Numbered from the stretch's first letter, positions 30,057 to 40,390 are shown. The stretch is 64,000 bases of DNA from an uncultured bacterium (GCA_963716555.1 CAVQTJ010000019.1:168241-232240); one strand, 5' to 3'. Numbers and translations are program-made. The notes: generated from the letters alone by a model not told the origin.

Positions 30057-30407
30057 GTGAGATACCTGCTGTTCTTCAGCGCTTCAGACTCCGTGCAGCT
30101 CAGCCAGGATGAGCAGGACGCCGCTCTAGACTCGACCCGACGGTGGGTGCAGGAGATGGGCGCCCGGGGTGTGCACTTGGAGGGGACCGGCTGAGACCGG
30201 CCGCGGATGCCCGGACCCTGCGAGTCCGCGCCCGGGAGGTGCTGGTCAGCGACGGACCGTTCGCCGAGACCAAGGAGCAGATCGTGGGCTACGACATTCT
30301 CGAGTGCGCCGATATCGAGGAGGCGGTTCGCGGCGGCCGCTCGTCACCCCTTCGCGGAGTTCGGAACGATCGAGGTCAGACCGTTCTGGCCGCTGCCGCT
30401 GAGCTAG
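30057..30407 (+). pseudogene. Third YCII-domain gene, disrupted by paired -1/+1 indels
   Basis: GTG at 30057 follows AAGAGGAGAG. VRYLLFF...GVHLEG runs into a TGA at 30190. [49 protein letters not shown] continues in a second frame. AAARHPFAEFGTIEVRPF returns to the first frame. The indels are at the G-run 30182-30185 and near 30330-30337. Confidence 0.7.
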
Positions 30408-30964
30408 CGGCGGACACACTCCCCCGCGGAGGCCGGCCGCTCACGTGATCAGGACAATGCGCTCGGCGATGGGCGATCATCACCCGGTGCACCGCGATGT
30501 CAACATGACCCCCAATCGCGCCGTTGGCCGTGTCAATCTATTCCCCCCCACATGGGCACGGCCAGCCCGCCTCCGCCGCCCCCATCATCCGCACCACCAG
30601 CCGTCCACGGCTACGGCGTGAGCGTCAGAGACCAACTCGCAGAGGTGTCGGGGCAGAACAAGTCGCCGCTCGCTTCGAGCATGACGGCCCCTGCACAGCC
30701 GGGCTCGCCCGACCCCGTGGGAGCCTGTCCAGCCGGTGGGGCACCCTCGGGCAGGCCAGCGTTGACGGTCCAGCCAGCAGCCAAGCGCGCGAAGGTGAGG
30801 TCTCCCCAGTGCCTCCTTCGCAGTGAAAGTGGAGGCGCCGGGCGCAGTCGCCTCCGAGCATTCCGGTGCTGGCTGTCATCTGCAGAGAGGCTGCCGCGCA
30901 TTCGAGAGCTGCCAGTGAGCGTCTCCGCAAGACTGTCACATCGCTGTTGAGCCCGGCAACCCCT

Positions 30965-31180
30965 TCAGCCTCCGGCTAGAACCAGTTGCGCGGAGGTCGT
31001 GTACGTCGCCACGGCAGTCGCGGTGAGCGGGGCCAACTCGGTCGCCAGCCAGGCGACCGCGATTGAGCCGGCACCGTTGCCGAGGGCGCTGGCCCCGTAA
31101 CCAACCATGAGACGACGAACTGCCGGGGGCCTCAGCGCGCGCCCACAGGGTGTGAGCGTGCTCAGGAGGCGTGCGACCAT
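30965..31180 (-). pseudogene. N-terminal fragment of an MFS transporter
   Basis: Only 71 aa are present (ALRPPAVRRLMVGYGASALGNGAGSIAVAWLATEL, an MFS N-terminal pattern) before a stop. No hydrophobic continuation appears in any frame across 30450-30964. It is divergent from a TetR gene. Confidence 0.5.
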
Positions 31181-31402
31181 CGCCCCAGACTACGGGCTTC
31201 GGCTCGGTGATCGCATCGTTCGCAGAGAGCCGAAGGCCACGCGTCTCGGGATGGCTGTGGGGGAAGAGAACCGCTGACCGGCTGATCACGGGGTGATCTT
31301 CGAGACGAGCGCGAGCGGCGAGAACAAGCGGGCGTTCTCACCCTCGTCCCGTCGATCAGGGGAGCGACCTTCAGCCCAGAGACGTCTCTCAGCTCAGGAG
31401 AT

Positions 31403-31424
31403 AAAGAAACTACCTAGTCTCTTT
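31403..31424. promoter_or_regulatory. Candidate TetR operator (inverted repeat)
   Basis: AAAGAAACTA-CC-TAGTCTCTTT has 10-nt arms with 9/10 complementary. It is an AT-rich island 21 nt upstream of the TetR ATG, in the TetR/MFS divergent region. Confidence 0.5.
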
Positions 31425-31444
31425 GTGTGATACCATCGGGGTCG

Positions 31445-32041
31445 ATGCCCCGGCTGCGTGAGACCACCCGCCTGGAGAGGCGGCGTACTTTCGTCGAGGC
31501 CGCCTGGCGCCGGGCAGCGTCGCAGGGCTGGCGGGACATGACCGTCGACGACGTCTGTGCCGAGGCGGGACTGAGCAAGGGCGCCTTCTACAGCCACTTC
31601 ACCGCGAAGCAGGAACTGCTCATCGCCCTGGTGGAGGACGACGCCGCCTGGGTGTCGACCGTCATGCACCGCCTCGAAGCCCAGCGGCTGCAGGGAACCG
31701 AGCGGCTGCGACGGCTCACCCGGATGATGCTGGAACGGGCGGAGGACCCCGCCCGGGTTCAGGTGCTGGCCGATCTGTGGGCCGCGGTGCTCACCGAGCC
31801 TGACGTCCGCGACCGCTTCCGGGCGGCCATCCAGGAGCAGCGGCGGGTGCTCCGCGCCTGGGTGGAGGATGCCATTGCCGCCGGCAAGATGACCGAGGTG
31901 CCGGCCAACGCGCTGGCCTCCATCCTGCTCGCCCTCAACGACGGCCTGATGCTCCACCGAACCTTGGATGAGGGCGGGTTCCGCTGGGCCAACGTGAGCC
32001 GCGCCCTGGATGCGCTGCTGTCGGGGATCCAGACCCAGTGA
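31445..32041 (+). CDS. TetR-family transcriptional regulator
   Basis: HTH motif RRRTFVEAAWRRAASQGWRDMTVDDVCAEAGLSKGAFYSHF. The stop overlaps the GTG of the downstream ClC gene (GTGA). Confidence 0.8.
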   Translation: MPRLRETTRLERRRTFVEAAWRRAASQGWRDMTVDDVCAEAGLSKGAFYSHFTAKQELLIALVEDDAAWVSTVMHRLEAQRLQGTERLRRLTRMMLERAEDPARVQVLADLWAAVLTEPDVRDRFRAAIQEQRRVLRAWVEDAIAAGKMTEVPANALASILLALNDGLMLHRTLDEGGFRWANVSRALDALLSGIQTQ

Positions 32042-34129
32042 GGCAGGGCATCCCCCTCCGCTCGGCCGGCGGCGACTGGCTGAGGCAGAGGCTGGACGCC
32101 GGCGCGGCCGTTCGAGCCGCTCAGGGCCTCTCGACCTGGCTGCGCGGCTCGCGGCTCGGCCTGGTGGTGATGGCCCTGGCGGTCGGCGTCGGCGCCGGCT
32201 TCGGGGCGGTCGGCTTCCGCTGGCTGATCTTCGCGTTCACATGGCTGGCCACCGGATACCAGCAGTTCGGTCAGCAGGGACGGGTCGCCAGCCTCCACCT
32301 GCCCTGGTTGGGGATCTGGTTCCTGCTTCTGGTCCCGGTCCTCGGCGGCCTGATCTACGGCCCACTGATCCAGCGCTTCGCCCGCGAGGCGCGGGGGCAC
32401 GGCGTGCCTGAGGTGATGCTCGCCGTCGCCGAGAACGGGGGCCGGATCCGTCCCCAGGTCACGGTGGTCAAGGCGGTCGCCTCGGCGATTTGCATCGGGG
32501 TCGGTGGCTCCGTGGGACGAGAAGGGCCGATCGTCCAGATCGGGTCGGCATTCGCCTCCACCCTCGGCCAGCTGGTGCGGATGTCGGAGACCCGGCTGCG
32601 GATCATCGTCGCCTGCGGAGCTGCGGGCGGGATCGCGGCGACCTTCAACGCTCCGATCACCGGCGTCTTCTTCGGCTTCGAGATCGTGCTCCGTGAGTTC
32701 TCCCTCGACGCCATCTTCGCCACCATCCTCGCGGCGGTCAGCGCCGACCTGGTCAGTCAGGCGTTCTTCGGCTCGGGGCCCTTCTTCGCCCAGATCCCCC
32801 ACGACCTGACCGTGGTGCACCCGGCGACCTACCTTCTCGTCGCCCTGCTCGGTCTGGCCGCCGGCCTGCTCGGCTACGGCTTCAAGACCGTCCTCTACAA
32901 GTTCGAGGATGTGGCCGACACGCTCTGGAGGGGGCGTCCGGAGTGGGCACGGCCCGCGGTCGGAGGCGTCGCCCTGGGGCTTCTGCTCCTGGCCTTGCCT
33001 CAGCTGTACGGGGTCGGTTATCCGGTCATGAACCAGGCGGTCGCCGGCAACATCGTCCTCTGGCTGCTGGTCGTGCTCATCGTGGGCAAGATCGTGGCCG
33101 CCAGCCTCACCCTATCGATCGGCGGCTCCGGCGGCGTGTTCGCCCCCTCGCTCTTCACCGGGGCCATGGCGGGCATGGCCTTCGGCGTCATCGTCGAGCA
33201 CCTCTTCGGGCCGGTGGTCAGCTCGCCGGCGATCTTCGGGGTGGTCGCCATGGGCGCAGTCTTTGGGGCCGCCGCCCAGGCCCCTCTGACCGCCATCGCC
33301 AGCGTTGTCGAGATGACTGGCAACTTCACGCTGACTCTTCCCGGTGATGCTGGCGGTGGGGATCGCCTCCGCAGTTTCCAAGCGACTCGGCCACGGCAGC
33401 ATCTACACCACCAAGCTGCTCCGCCGGGGCATCGACATCGAGCGTCCGAGGCCGACGAGCGTGCTGCAAACGCTCACCGTTGCCGACGTCATGCAGCCGG
33501 TCGCCCAGGCGGACGGAATGGAACTCCTGCCCGCGGACGTCGGCAAGGCACCCCCGCCGGCACCCAGCACTCACAAGCGCTGGGCGGAGATGATGGGATC
33601 GGTGACCGTCACGCGCCAGACCCAGGCGCTGCTCGCCGACGAGACCCTGGAACAGGCGCTCCGCCAGCTGACCCTGTACGGCCGGATCGGGCTCCCGGTG
33701 CTCTCGCCGGATCGCCAGCACCTGATGGGCTGGATCACCCGGCGCGGGGTCCTTCGGACCATGACTGAACGGCTCCGAACGTCGGGCCGGGAAGCGGAAC
33801 AGGGAGCTCTGGCCGCGGAGTTCGCCTCCGCCGATCCAAGGTCGCAGGCGCACCAGCCCAGCACCCCGCTGGAGGGGTATCAGATCGTGGAGATCACGGT
33901 TCGTCACCGATCACCGGCGGTCGGCAGCCGCCTCGGTGAGATTGCCTGGCCGCCGGAGTGCCTCGTCGTTGCGATGACGGACAACGGTGAGATCGTCGCT
34001 CCGCGCAGCGATGCACAGCTGCGCGCGGGGGAAAGGGTCATCGTCCTGGCGCCGTCTGCCGGCTCTCGCCGCGGGGACCGGATGACGGCACGTCCGCCCC
34101 TGCCGCCATCAGAGGCAGGAGATGTCTGA
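32038..34129 (+). pseudogene. ClC-family chloride channel/antiporter with C-terminal CBS pair and TrkA-C domain, +1 frameshift at 33340-33342
   Basis: ClC motifs GVGGSVGREGP, GIAATFNAPITGVFFGFE and GGSGGVFAPSLF are present. After EMTGNFTLTLP the frame is lost. VMLAVGIASAVSKRLGHGSIYTTKLL...(CBS)...(TrkA-C) continues in ORF 33344..34129. There is an extra C in CTTCCCGGTG. Length 2092 is 3n+1. Confidence 0.7.
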
Positions 34130-34261
34130 GATGACCCATCCCGGTCGCGCCCTCTGTCACCGCCCCGCTCGTGCAGGCGCGATACGGCCGGCCTCAGCCT
34201 CGTTGACCGAGCCCAGAGCAGCCGGCTGGCTCTGCTCCTCATACTTCTGGCGTCGGGATTC

Positions 34262-34697
34262 ATGCTGTCGCTGAGCCGGCGGGATGGGCGTCCCCGGGCA
34301 GGCAGCACGGTCGGTTGCCACGCTGCGCGAGGACCGATAACGGAGGTCACGACAACGGTTGCAGGCGCGCAGCGGGGAAGTGCGCACCACGCCGGTGATG
34401 TACCACATGACGGTGAGCGCCACGTCGTGGTGGCCTCCAAGGCGACGGCACCGGACAATCCCGGGTGGTACCACAACCTCAAGACCAACCCCGTGGCGAG
34501 GGTCGACGTGGGGACCGAGTTGGGCACGGAGACCCTCGAGGTCAGAGCCCGTGAAGCTGAGGGAGAGGAGCGTGAGCGAATCCGGGCCGACCGTATCGCC
34601 ATCGCCCCCGGGTTCCTGGATCAGAAGCGGAAGACTTCGCGCCGGATCCCCCGTCATGGTCCTGGAGCGAATCGGCATCGGGGCTTCCGGGGTCTGA
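34262..34697 (+). pseudogene. DUF385 / deazaflavin(F420)-dependent nitroreductase-family gene with three frameshifts
   Basis: The recognisable pieces are split between two frames. They are RSGEVRTTPVMYHM, then DGERHVVVASKATAPDNPGWYHNLKTNPVARVDVG...EGEERERI...KTSRRIP, then VMVLERI. The shifts are near 34366-34370, at 34408, and in the C5 run 34648-34652. Confidence 0.65.
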
Positions 34698-34742
34698 CAC
34701 CTCCGGGCCCCCACATCCAGCTGCCCGCGGGAAAATCCGCTG

Positions 34743-35696
34743 GTGGGTCGGTTTACTGATCGCCTTCTGGGGCGTGGCACTGCCACCCCACCGGCGGATG
34801 GCTCACGCGCACCCGTGGTCCGGTACCGAACGCTCGACGGCCGGACCGAGTCCCTGGTGCCATGGCCCGGCGAGTGGATGTGCCTGCTGCTCCGCGCCGA
34901 CCAGCGGCGCGATCCCGCGGTGCTGGCCCGCATCCTGAAGGCGGTGGATGCCGGCCACCGCTACTACGCCGAGACCGTGGGCCGCCTGCCCATCCCCGAT
35001 CGTCGCCACGCCGACCGCGACGTCATTGCTGAGGTGCTGACCACCTGCGGCGCCGGGTGCAGCCTCCTCGGGGCGAGCGGCATGGAGATCATGCGGCCGT
35101 ACTTCGACGTCCTGTACCGGGGGGTGAGCATCGACGGCGTCTACGACCAGCTGCCCTTCTACGAGCTGGGGCGCAACTTCTGGTTCTGGTCGGATCAGCT
35201 CGGCTTCCGAGCCCCCGACATCGACCCCGTGGTCACCGGGTACGCGGTGTGGATGCGCTTCCGCGCCATCGACGCCACCGGCCTTCGGGGTGGGCCGTTC
35301 AACGGCCGTCCCTACCACACCTTCCGCGCCGACGTGGCAGAGCTCGTCCACCGCTACGAGGCCGACACCGCGGCCACCTTCGCCGGCACCCTGGCGCGCA
35401 ACTTCTCGCCATGGGGGTACTCGGGAACCGATCTGTGGGCGTCGATGATGATGCAGCTCGCCGACCGCCACGGTGGTCAGGAGTTCGTCGCTCGCTTCTG
35501 GCGCCGCGCGTTTGAGGCGCCGGCGGCGCGAGATACGGCGAGCGCGGTGAGCAACTGGGTGCGGGTCGCGAGTTCCGCCGCCGGGGTGGACCTGGGCGCG
35601 GTCTTCTACGATCGCTGGGGATTCCCTCGCCCCGACGGCCGGGTGGGCCGCCGGCTGCCCGCCGAGCTGGTGCCCGAGCCGGCGCGGCCGGCGTGA
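34743..35696 (+). CDS. Hypothetical protein
   Basis: 317-aa ORF with coding-like composition and a GTG start. I do not confidently recognise any family. Confidence 0.5.
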   Translation: MGRFTDRLLGRGTATPPADGSRAPVVRYRTLDGRTESLVPWPGEWMCLLLRADQRRDPAVLARILKAVDAGHRYYAETVGRLPIPDRRHADRDVIAEVLTTCGAGCSLLGASGMEIMRPYFDVLYRGVSIDGVYDQLPFYELGRNFWFWSDQLGFRAPDIDPVVTGYAVWMRFRAIDATGLRGGPFNGRPYHTFRADVAELVHRYEADTAATFAGTLARNFSPWGYSGTDLWASMMMQLADRHGGQEFVARFWRRAFEAPAARDTASAVSNWVRVASSAAGVDLGAVFYDRWGFPRPDGRVGRRLPAELVPEPARPA

Positions 35697-35780
35697 TCTC
35701 CGGGCTCCCGGTCCTTTCCTCGGCATTGCGCATGATTACAGTGGGAGGCCTCGAACCTCGTCCCCGCAGGAGGTTTGGCG

Positions 35781-37355
35781 ATGGAGACCGCGCTCACCCC
35801 TCTCGAGTTCGCCCGGCGGGCGCGCCGGCTGTACCCCGAACGCGAGGCGGTGGTCGACGGCGACCTGCGCCTCACCTTTGCCCAGTTCTTCGACCGCTGC
35901 GACCGCTGGTCAGCCCGGCTGTCCCGATTGGGGGTGCGGCCCGGGGAGCGCGTCGCCTATATCGCCGCCAACACCCATGCTCAGTTGGAGTCCTTCTACG
36001 CCGTCCCCCAGCTGGGGGCGGTGCTGGTCCCGATCAACTACCGCCTCAGCGCCGATGACTTCGAGTACATCATCAACCACAGCGGGGCCAAGGTCCTCTG
36101 CGTGCAGTCGGAGCACCTCGCCGCCGTCGACGCGATCCGCGATCGCCTGCCCGGCGTCGCCCACTTCGTCAACCTGGATGGCGCGCCACGCGACGGCTGG
36201 CTCGACTACGAGGAGGCGATCGGCTCGACCGCGCCGGAGTTCACCCCGGTCAGCGTCACCGAGCACAACCTGTTGACCATCAACTACACCAGCGGCACCA
36301 CCGCTCGGCCCAAGGGCGTGATGATCACTCACCGCAACGCCCACACCAATGTGGTCGGAACCCTGATCCATGCGCAGATTCGGGTCGGCGATCGGTACCT
36401 GTGGACCCTGCCGATGTTCCACGCCAACGGCTGGACCTTCGTGTGGACGGTGACCGCGGTGGGCGCGACCCACATCTGCCTGCCCAAGGTTGAGCCGCGC
36501 CGGGTGTTCGAGCTGATCCGCGAGGAGCACGTGACCTGGCTCTGCGCTGCCCCGACCGTGCTGATCGCCCTGGCCAATGCCCCGGCCGAGGTCCGCGGCG
36601 AGGTGCCGGGCGGGGTGAGGCTGCTGACTGCCGGAGCGCCTCCGGCGGCGGCCACCATCGAGCGCCTCGAGAGCACCCTGGGATGGGAGGTGACCCACGT
36701 CTACGGCCTGACCGAGGTCTCACCGTTCATCAGCGTCTGCGAGCCGCGGCCGGAGCACGCCGGACTCACCATGGCCGAGCGGGCCGTGATCAAGGCCCGT
36801 CAGGGGGTCGAGCTGGTGACCTCCGGAGAGCTCCTGGTGGTGAGCGACTCCGGCGAGGAGGTCCCCCACGACGGCAGCACCCTCGGTGAGATCGCGGTCC
36901 GAGGCAACGTGGTCATGGAGGGGTACTTCAATGATCCCGAGGCGACCGCGCGAGCCATTCGTGGAGGCTGGTTCCACACCGGCGACGCCGCCGTGGTCCA
37001 TCCCGATGGGTACGTCGAGATCCGCGATCGCATCAAGGACGTGATCATCAGTGGCGGCGAGAACATCTCCTCGGTGGAGGTCGAGGGGACGCTGCTGCGG
37101 CACCCGGCCGTCGAGGAGGTCGCGGTGGTCGGGATGCCCGACGACCGCTGGGGCGAGGCACCCCACGCGTTCGTGGTCCTGCGGAGCGGGGCCTCGGCCA
37201 GCGAGGAGGAGCTGATCGAGTTCGCCCGCGGCCGGCTGGCCCACTTCAAAGCCCCGCGAGCGGTGCGCTTCGTCGATCAGCTTCCCAAGACGGCGACCGG
37301 CAAGATCCAGAAGTACGTGCTGCGTCAGGGGGCCGCGGCGATCGCTCGCCAGTAG
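35781..37355 (+). CDS. AMP-dependent acyl-CoA synthetase/ligase (FadD-like)
   Basis: Motifs INYTSGTTARPKGVMITHRN, YGLTE, WFHTGD and GKIQKY are present. The ATG at 35781 lies 8 nt after AGGAGG. The track start is the TTG at 35775. Confidence 0.85.
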   Translation: METALTPLEFARRARRLYPEREAVVDGDLRLTFAQFFDRCDRWSARLSRLGVRPGERVAYIAANTHAQLESFYAVPQLGAVLVPINYRLSADDFEYIINHSGAKVLCVQSEHLAAVDAIRDRLPGVAHFVNLDGAPRDGWLDYEEAIGSTAPEFTPVSVTEHNLLTINYTSGTTARPKGVMITHRNAHTNVVGTLIHAQIRVGDRYLWTLPMFHANGWTFVWTVTAVGATHICLPKVEPRRVFELIREEHVTWLCAAPTVLIALANAPAEVRGEVPGGVRLLTAGAPPAAATIERLESTLGWEVTHVYGLTEVSPFISVCEPRPEHAGLTMAERAVIKARQGVELVTSGELLVVSDSGEEVPHDGSTLGEIAVRGNVVMEGYFNDPEATARAIRGGWFHTGDAAVVHPDGYVEIRDRIKDVIISGGENISSVEVEGTLLRHPAVEEVAVVGMPDDRWGEAPHAFVVLRSGASASEEELIEFARGRLAHFKAPRAVRFVDQLPKTATGKIQKYVLRQGAAAIARQ

Positions 37356-37378
37356 CGGGAAGGTGCCATCATCAGGCC

Positions 37379-37588
37379 ATGCTCACCTCCCGGCCCCCGA
37401 CCCAGATCCGACCCCATCACGCCCTCACCGTCATCGTCACCGTGGTCATCGCGGTGATCCTGGCCTACGTCGTCCTCGGCGCGCTCGCCGGGGTCATCCT
37501 CTTCCTGATCAAGACGGTGGTGGTGCTCGGTGTGATCGCGCTGGCGGTCTGGCTGGTGCTGCGCTGGGCGGGCCGCAGCGCCAGCTGA
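37379..37588 (+). CDS. Small two-TM membrane protein
   Basis: 69-aa ORF with two strongly hydrophobic helices (LTVIVTVVIAVILAYVVLGALAGVILFLI and VVVLGVIALAVWLVL). Confidence 0.4.
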   Translation: MLTSRPPTQIRPHHALTVIVTVVIAVILAYVVLGALAGVILFLIKTVVVLGVIALAVWLVLRWAGRSAS

Positions 37589-37616
37589 CCGAGCCGCGCA
37601 TGCGGAGCCCCGGTGA

Positions 37617-39617
37617 TCAGTCCACGGAGTAGCGCGGCGAGGTGGGCGCGATCTCGAGGTCGGCGAAGGACGCCGACGACTTGCCCCACTCCCACCAGCC
37701 CCTGACCCAGGGTTTCACGAAGGCGAGGGCGCCGAGGTAGGCCACCGGGATCAGCGCGCACTGGTCCTGGATGGCGAGGCGATCCGCGTCATGGAAGAGC
37801 GCCAGCCGGGCACCGATCTCCCGCTGGGCGACCGCCCGCTCGACGAGCTCGTCGAAGGCGGCGCATGACCAACCGCCCCTGTTGCTGAGGCTCTGGCTGT
37901 GGAGGAGCAGGCGCAGGTAGTACTCCGGGTCGGGATACCCCGGCAGCCAGTTGGCGACCTCGACATCGACCTCCTCGGCCATCAGCCCTTCCGATGGCGC
38001 CCGGATGGTCACCTCGACCTCCACCCCAAGGTGCTCACGCCATCCAGCGGCGACGGCTTCACCCACCTCGGTCCAGGCCGCGGGGCAGCCGAGATGCAGC
38101 TCACCCCTCCGACCGGCCTGGTCGAGCAGGCGACGGCTCTCCGCGGGGTCGAAGGGATGAGCGATGTCGGGGGTGTGGCCCTGAAGGGCGGGGGGCACCA
38201 CCCCGCCCGTGGCAACTGCCCCCGGTGGGGCGAGAACCCCCGCCACCCGCTCTCGGTCGACGGCGCCTGCGAGAGCCCGGCGCAGCGCGACCGATGCCGG
38301 CCGTCCGAGGCAGTTGGGCACCAGGAAGAGGCTGGTGGTCAGCGCGCTCGCCTGCGCCTCGGGATGGTCCGCCGGCAGCTCGGGGGTGGCCCCGTCTATC
38401 CGGAGCAGCACCATGTCCAGCTCACCGCGGCGATAGGCTGCCGCCGCCTCCTCGGCTCCCAGCCTCACCATCTCGACCGTGTCGGCATTGCCGCGGCGCC
38501 ACCCGGCCGCCCACCGTCGGGTGAGCACCAGACGGTCAGTCGACGCCTCCATCAGCTCAAAGGCCCCGGTCCCGACCGCCGACTCGGGCAGGCGATGGGC
38601 GTTCGCATCAGGGCGGTTGAGGACGCTCATGAAGTACGGAGCGGGGTTGCTCAGGGTGATCTCGAGGCGGCGCGCATCCAGGGCCCGGATACCGACGCCA
38701 CTCGAATCGGCAGCGCTACCGAAGTGGTAATCGGTGGCGCCAGTGAGGACGAAATAGATGGTTGCGGAGGCGGCGGGGTGAACGGGATCGAGGCCGTGCT
38801 TCACCGAGGCCTCGATATCGTGGGCGGTGAGCGGGGTTCCGTCGTGCCAGACGAGATCCTCGCGGAGCCGGAACTCATAGCGGAGCCCGTCGGCGGAGAC
38901 CTCCCAGCGGTCGGCGAGGGATGGCACCACCGTTCGTCCGGGCCGCGCTTCGACCAACCGGTCGTACACCTGCATGGAGAGCTGGATATTGGTCCACGCA
39001 TTGGTGCCGATGGGGTCCGGCGGACCAGGGAGCCACGGTGTGGCGATGCGCAGCGTCGAGCGCGACCGGGCGGCGGGGGGCGGCGGCTGCCAGCCACCGA
39101 AGGCCTCCTGCCACGCCGCGTTCGCCTGCTCGTAGCGCATGGCGGTGTGCAGCGCCAGGGCCAGGCTGAAGAGGGCATCCGCGGCCTCCGCGCCACGCCC
39201 CTCCATCCGCAGCAGGCTCACCAGATCTCGGTAGTGTCCGATCGCCTCATCGAGGGCCCACTGCTCCAGGGCCCGGTCCCCGGCGAGCCGAAGAAACGCG
39301 ATCGCCCGGTCAGGTCGCCGCGCCTGCTTCCAGTGAAGTGCGAGCAGTCCGAAGTAGGGCGAGAGGTTGTCGGTGTGATCCGCCTGGAGCCACTCCCCCG
39401 CGCGCCGGTGGAGCTCCGCCCGCTCCGTGCCGACCAGGCTTCCGTAGACGGCCTCCTGAATGAGCGCGTGCTTGAAGCGAAACTCGGGCCTTGGCCAGCG
39501 CCGCTCCTCGCGCACGAGGTCGAGCCGCTGGAGCTGGTGCAGAGCCGGCCAGAGGGAATCCACGGGTTCACCGGTCACCGCGGCCAGCAGGTCGAGTCCG
39601 AAGCCCCGGCCCAGCAC
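37617..39617 (-). pseudogene. 5'-truncated signal-transduction ATPase/TPR-type regulator fused to a family-5 solute-binding-protein (SBP_bac_5) domain
   Basis: It begins in the post-ATPase helical region (GRGFGLDLLAAVTGEPVDSLWPALHQLQRLDLV...FRFKHALIQEAVY...LHRRAGEWL) plus TPR-like helices. The C-terminal ~430 aa are SBP5-like (VYDRLVE, LVWHDGTPLTAHDIEASV). Homology continues upstream to an in-frame TGA at 39649-39651. There is no room for an NTPase domain before sigK. Confidence 0.5.
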
Positions 39618-39751
39618 CGAGCCGGCCCGGACAACCAGCTGGGCCTCTCACGGCCGTCCCGGCGATCAGACCAGCGGCCAGGTCTGAGGCGGGCTAGGAT
39701 CACTCTCGCCCGGCAGGGTGCTGGGATACGTGTGGGACCGGCGCTGAGGGT

Positions 39752-40390
39752 TTGCGGGTGATGGGCGGGGAAGCACAGGAGGTCGGATCCGGCGCCGACT
39801 CGGTGGTCACCCTCCCGGGGCTGCACCGAGGCGAAGACGACGGCATCGTCCAGCTGCTCGCCAATCGGGACCCGAAGGGGATCGACAGGCTCTACGAGCG
39901 TTACGGCGGTCTTGCGTACGCCATCGGCCTTCGCGTGCTCGGCGATCGGACCGCGGCCGAGGACGTGGTCCAGGAGAGCTTCCTGGCCATCTGGCGACGC
40001 TCGGAGACCTTCGACCCGCGCCGTGGCGGCCTGCGTCCCTGGGTCTGCACGATCGTCCACCACCGGGCCCTCGACCGGCTCAGGGGCAGCCGCAACGTGC
40101 GGCGTCGCGACATCCCCCTCGATGGCGCCGCGCCCGGTGACTCGCCCTCCGACCCCTGGGAGGGGGTGAGCGATGGGCTGGTCCGTGAAGCCGTCCGTGG
40201 AGCGCTCGCCCAGCTCCCGCCCGAGCAGCGTGAGACCATCGAGCTCGCCTACTTCGCCGGCCTATCACAGTCTGAGATCAGCAGTCGAATGAATCTTCCC
40301 CTCGGTACGGTGAAGGGACGTGCCCGTCTCGCCATGCGCCGGCTGCACCAGCTGCTGGCCGGGTCAGCGGCGCAGGAGTGGCTCTCGTGA
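39752..40390 (+). CDS. sigK: ECF sigma factor, SigK-like
   Basis: Region 2 has AEDVVQESFLAIWRR...WVCTIVHHRALDRLR. Region 4 has LSQSEISSRMNLPLGTVKGRARLAMRRL. An RskA-type anti-sigma gene follows. The exact start is uncertain. Confidence 0.65.
   Translation: MRVMGGEAQEVGSGADSVVTLPGLHRGEDDGIVQLLANRDPKGIDRLYERYGGLAYAIGLRVLGDRTAAEDVVQESFLAIWRRSETFDPRRGGLRPWVCTIVHHRALDRLRGSRNVRRRDIPLDGAAPGDSPSDPWEGVSDGLVREAVRGALAQLPPEQRETIELAYFAGLSQSEISSRMNLPLGTVKGRARLAMRRLHQLLAGSAAQEWLS

Noticed and set aside
34743-35696. Possible M60/enhancin-like pseudo-peptidase. FYELGRNFWFW would sit where HEXXH (HELGHN) lies in that family.
   Set aside because: This rests on a single short motif recalled from memory, with no other supporting blocks. 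I left it as hypothetical.
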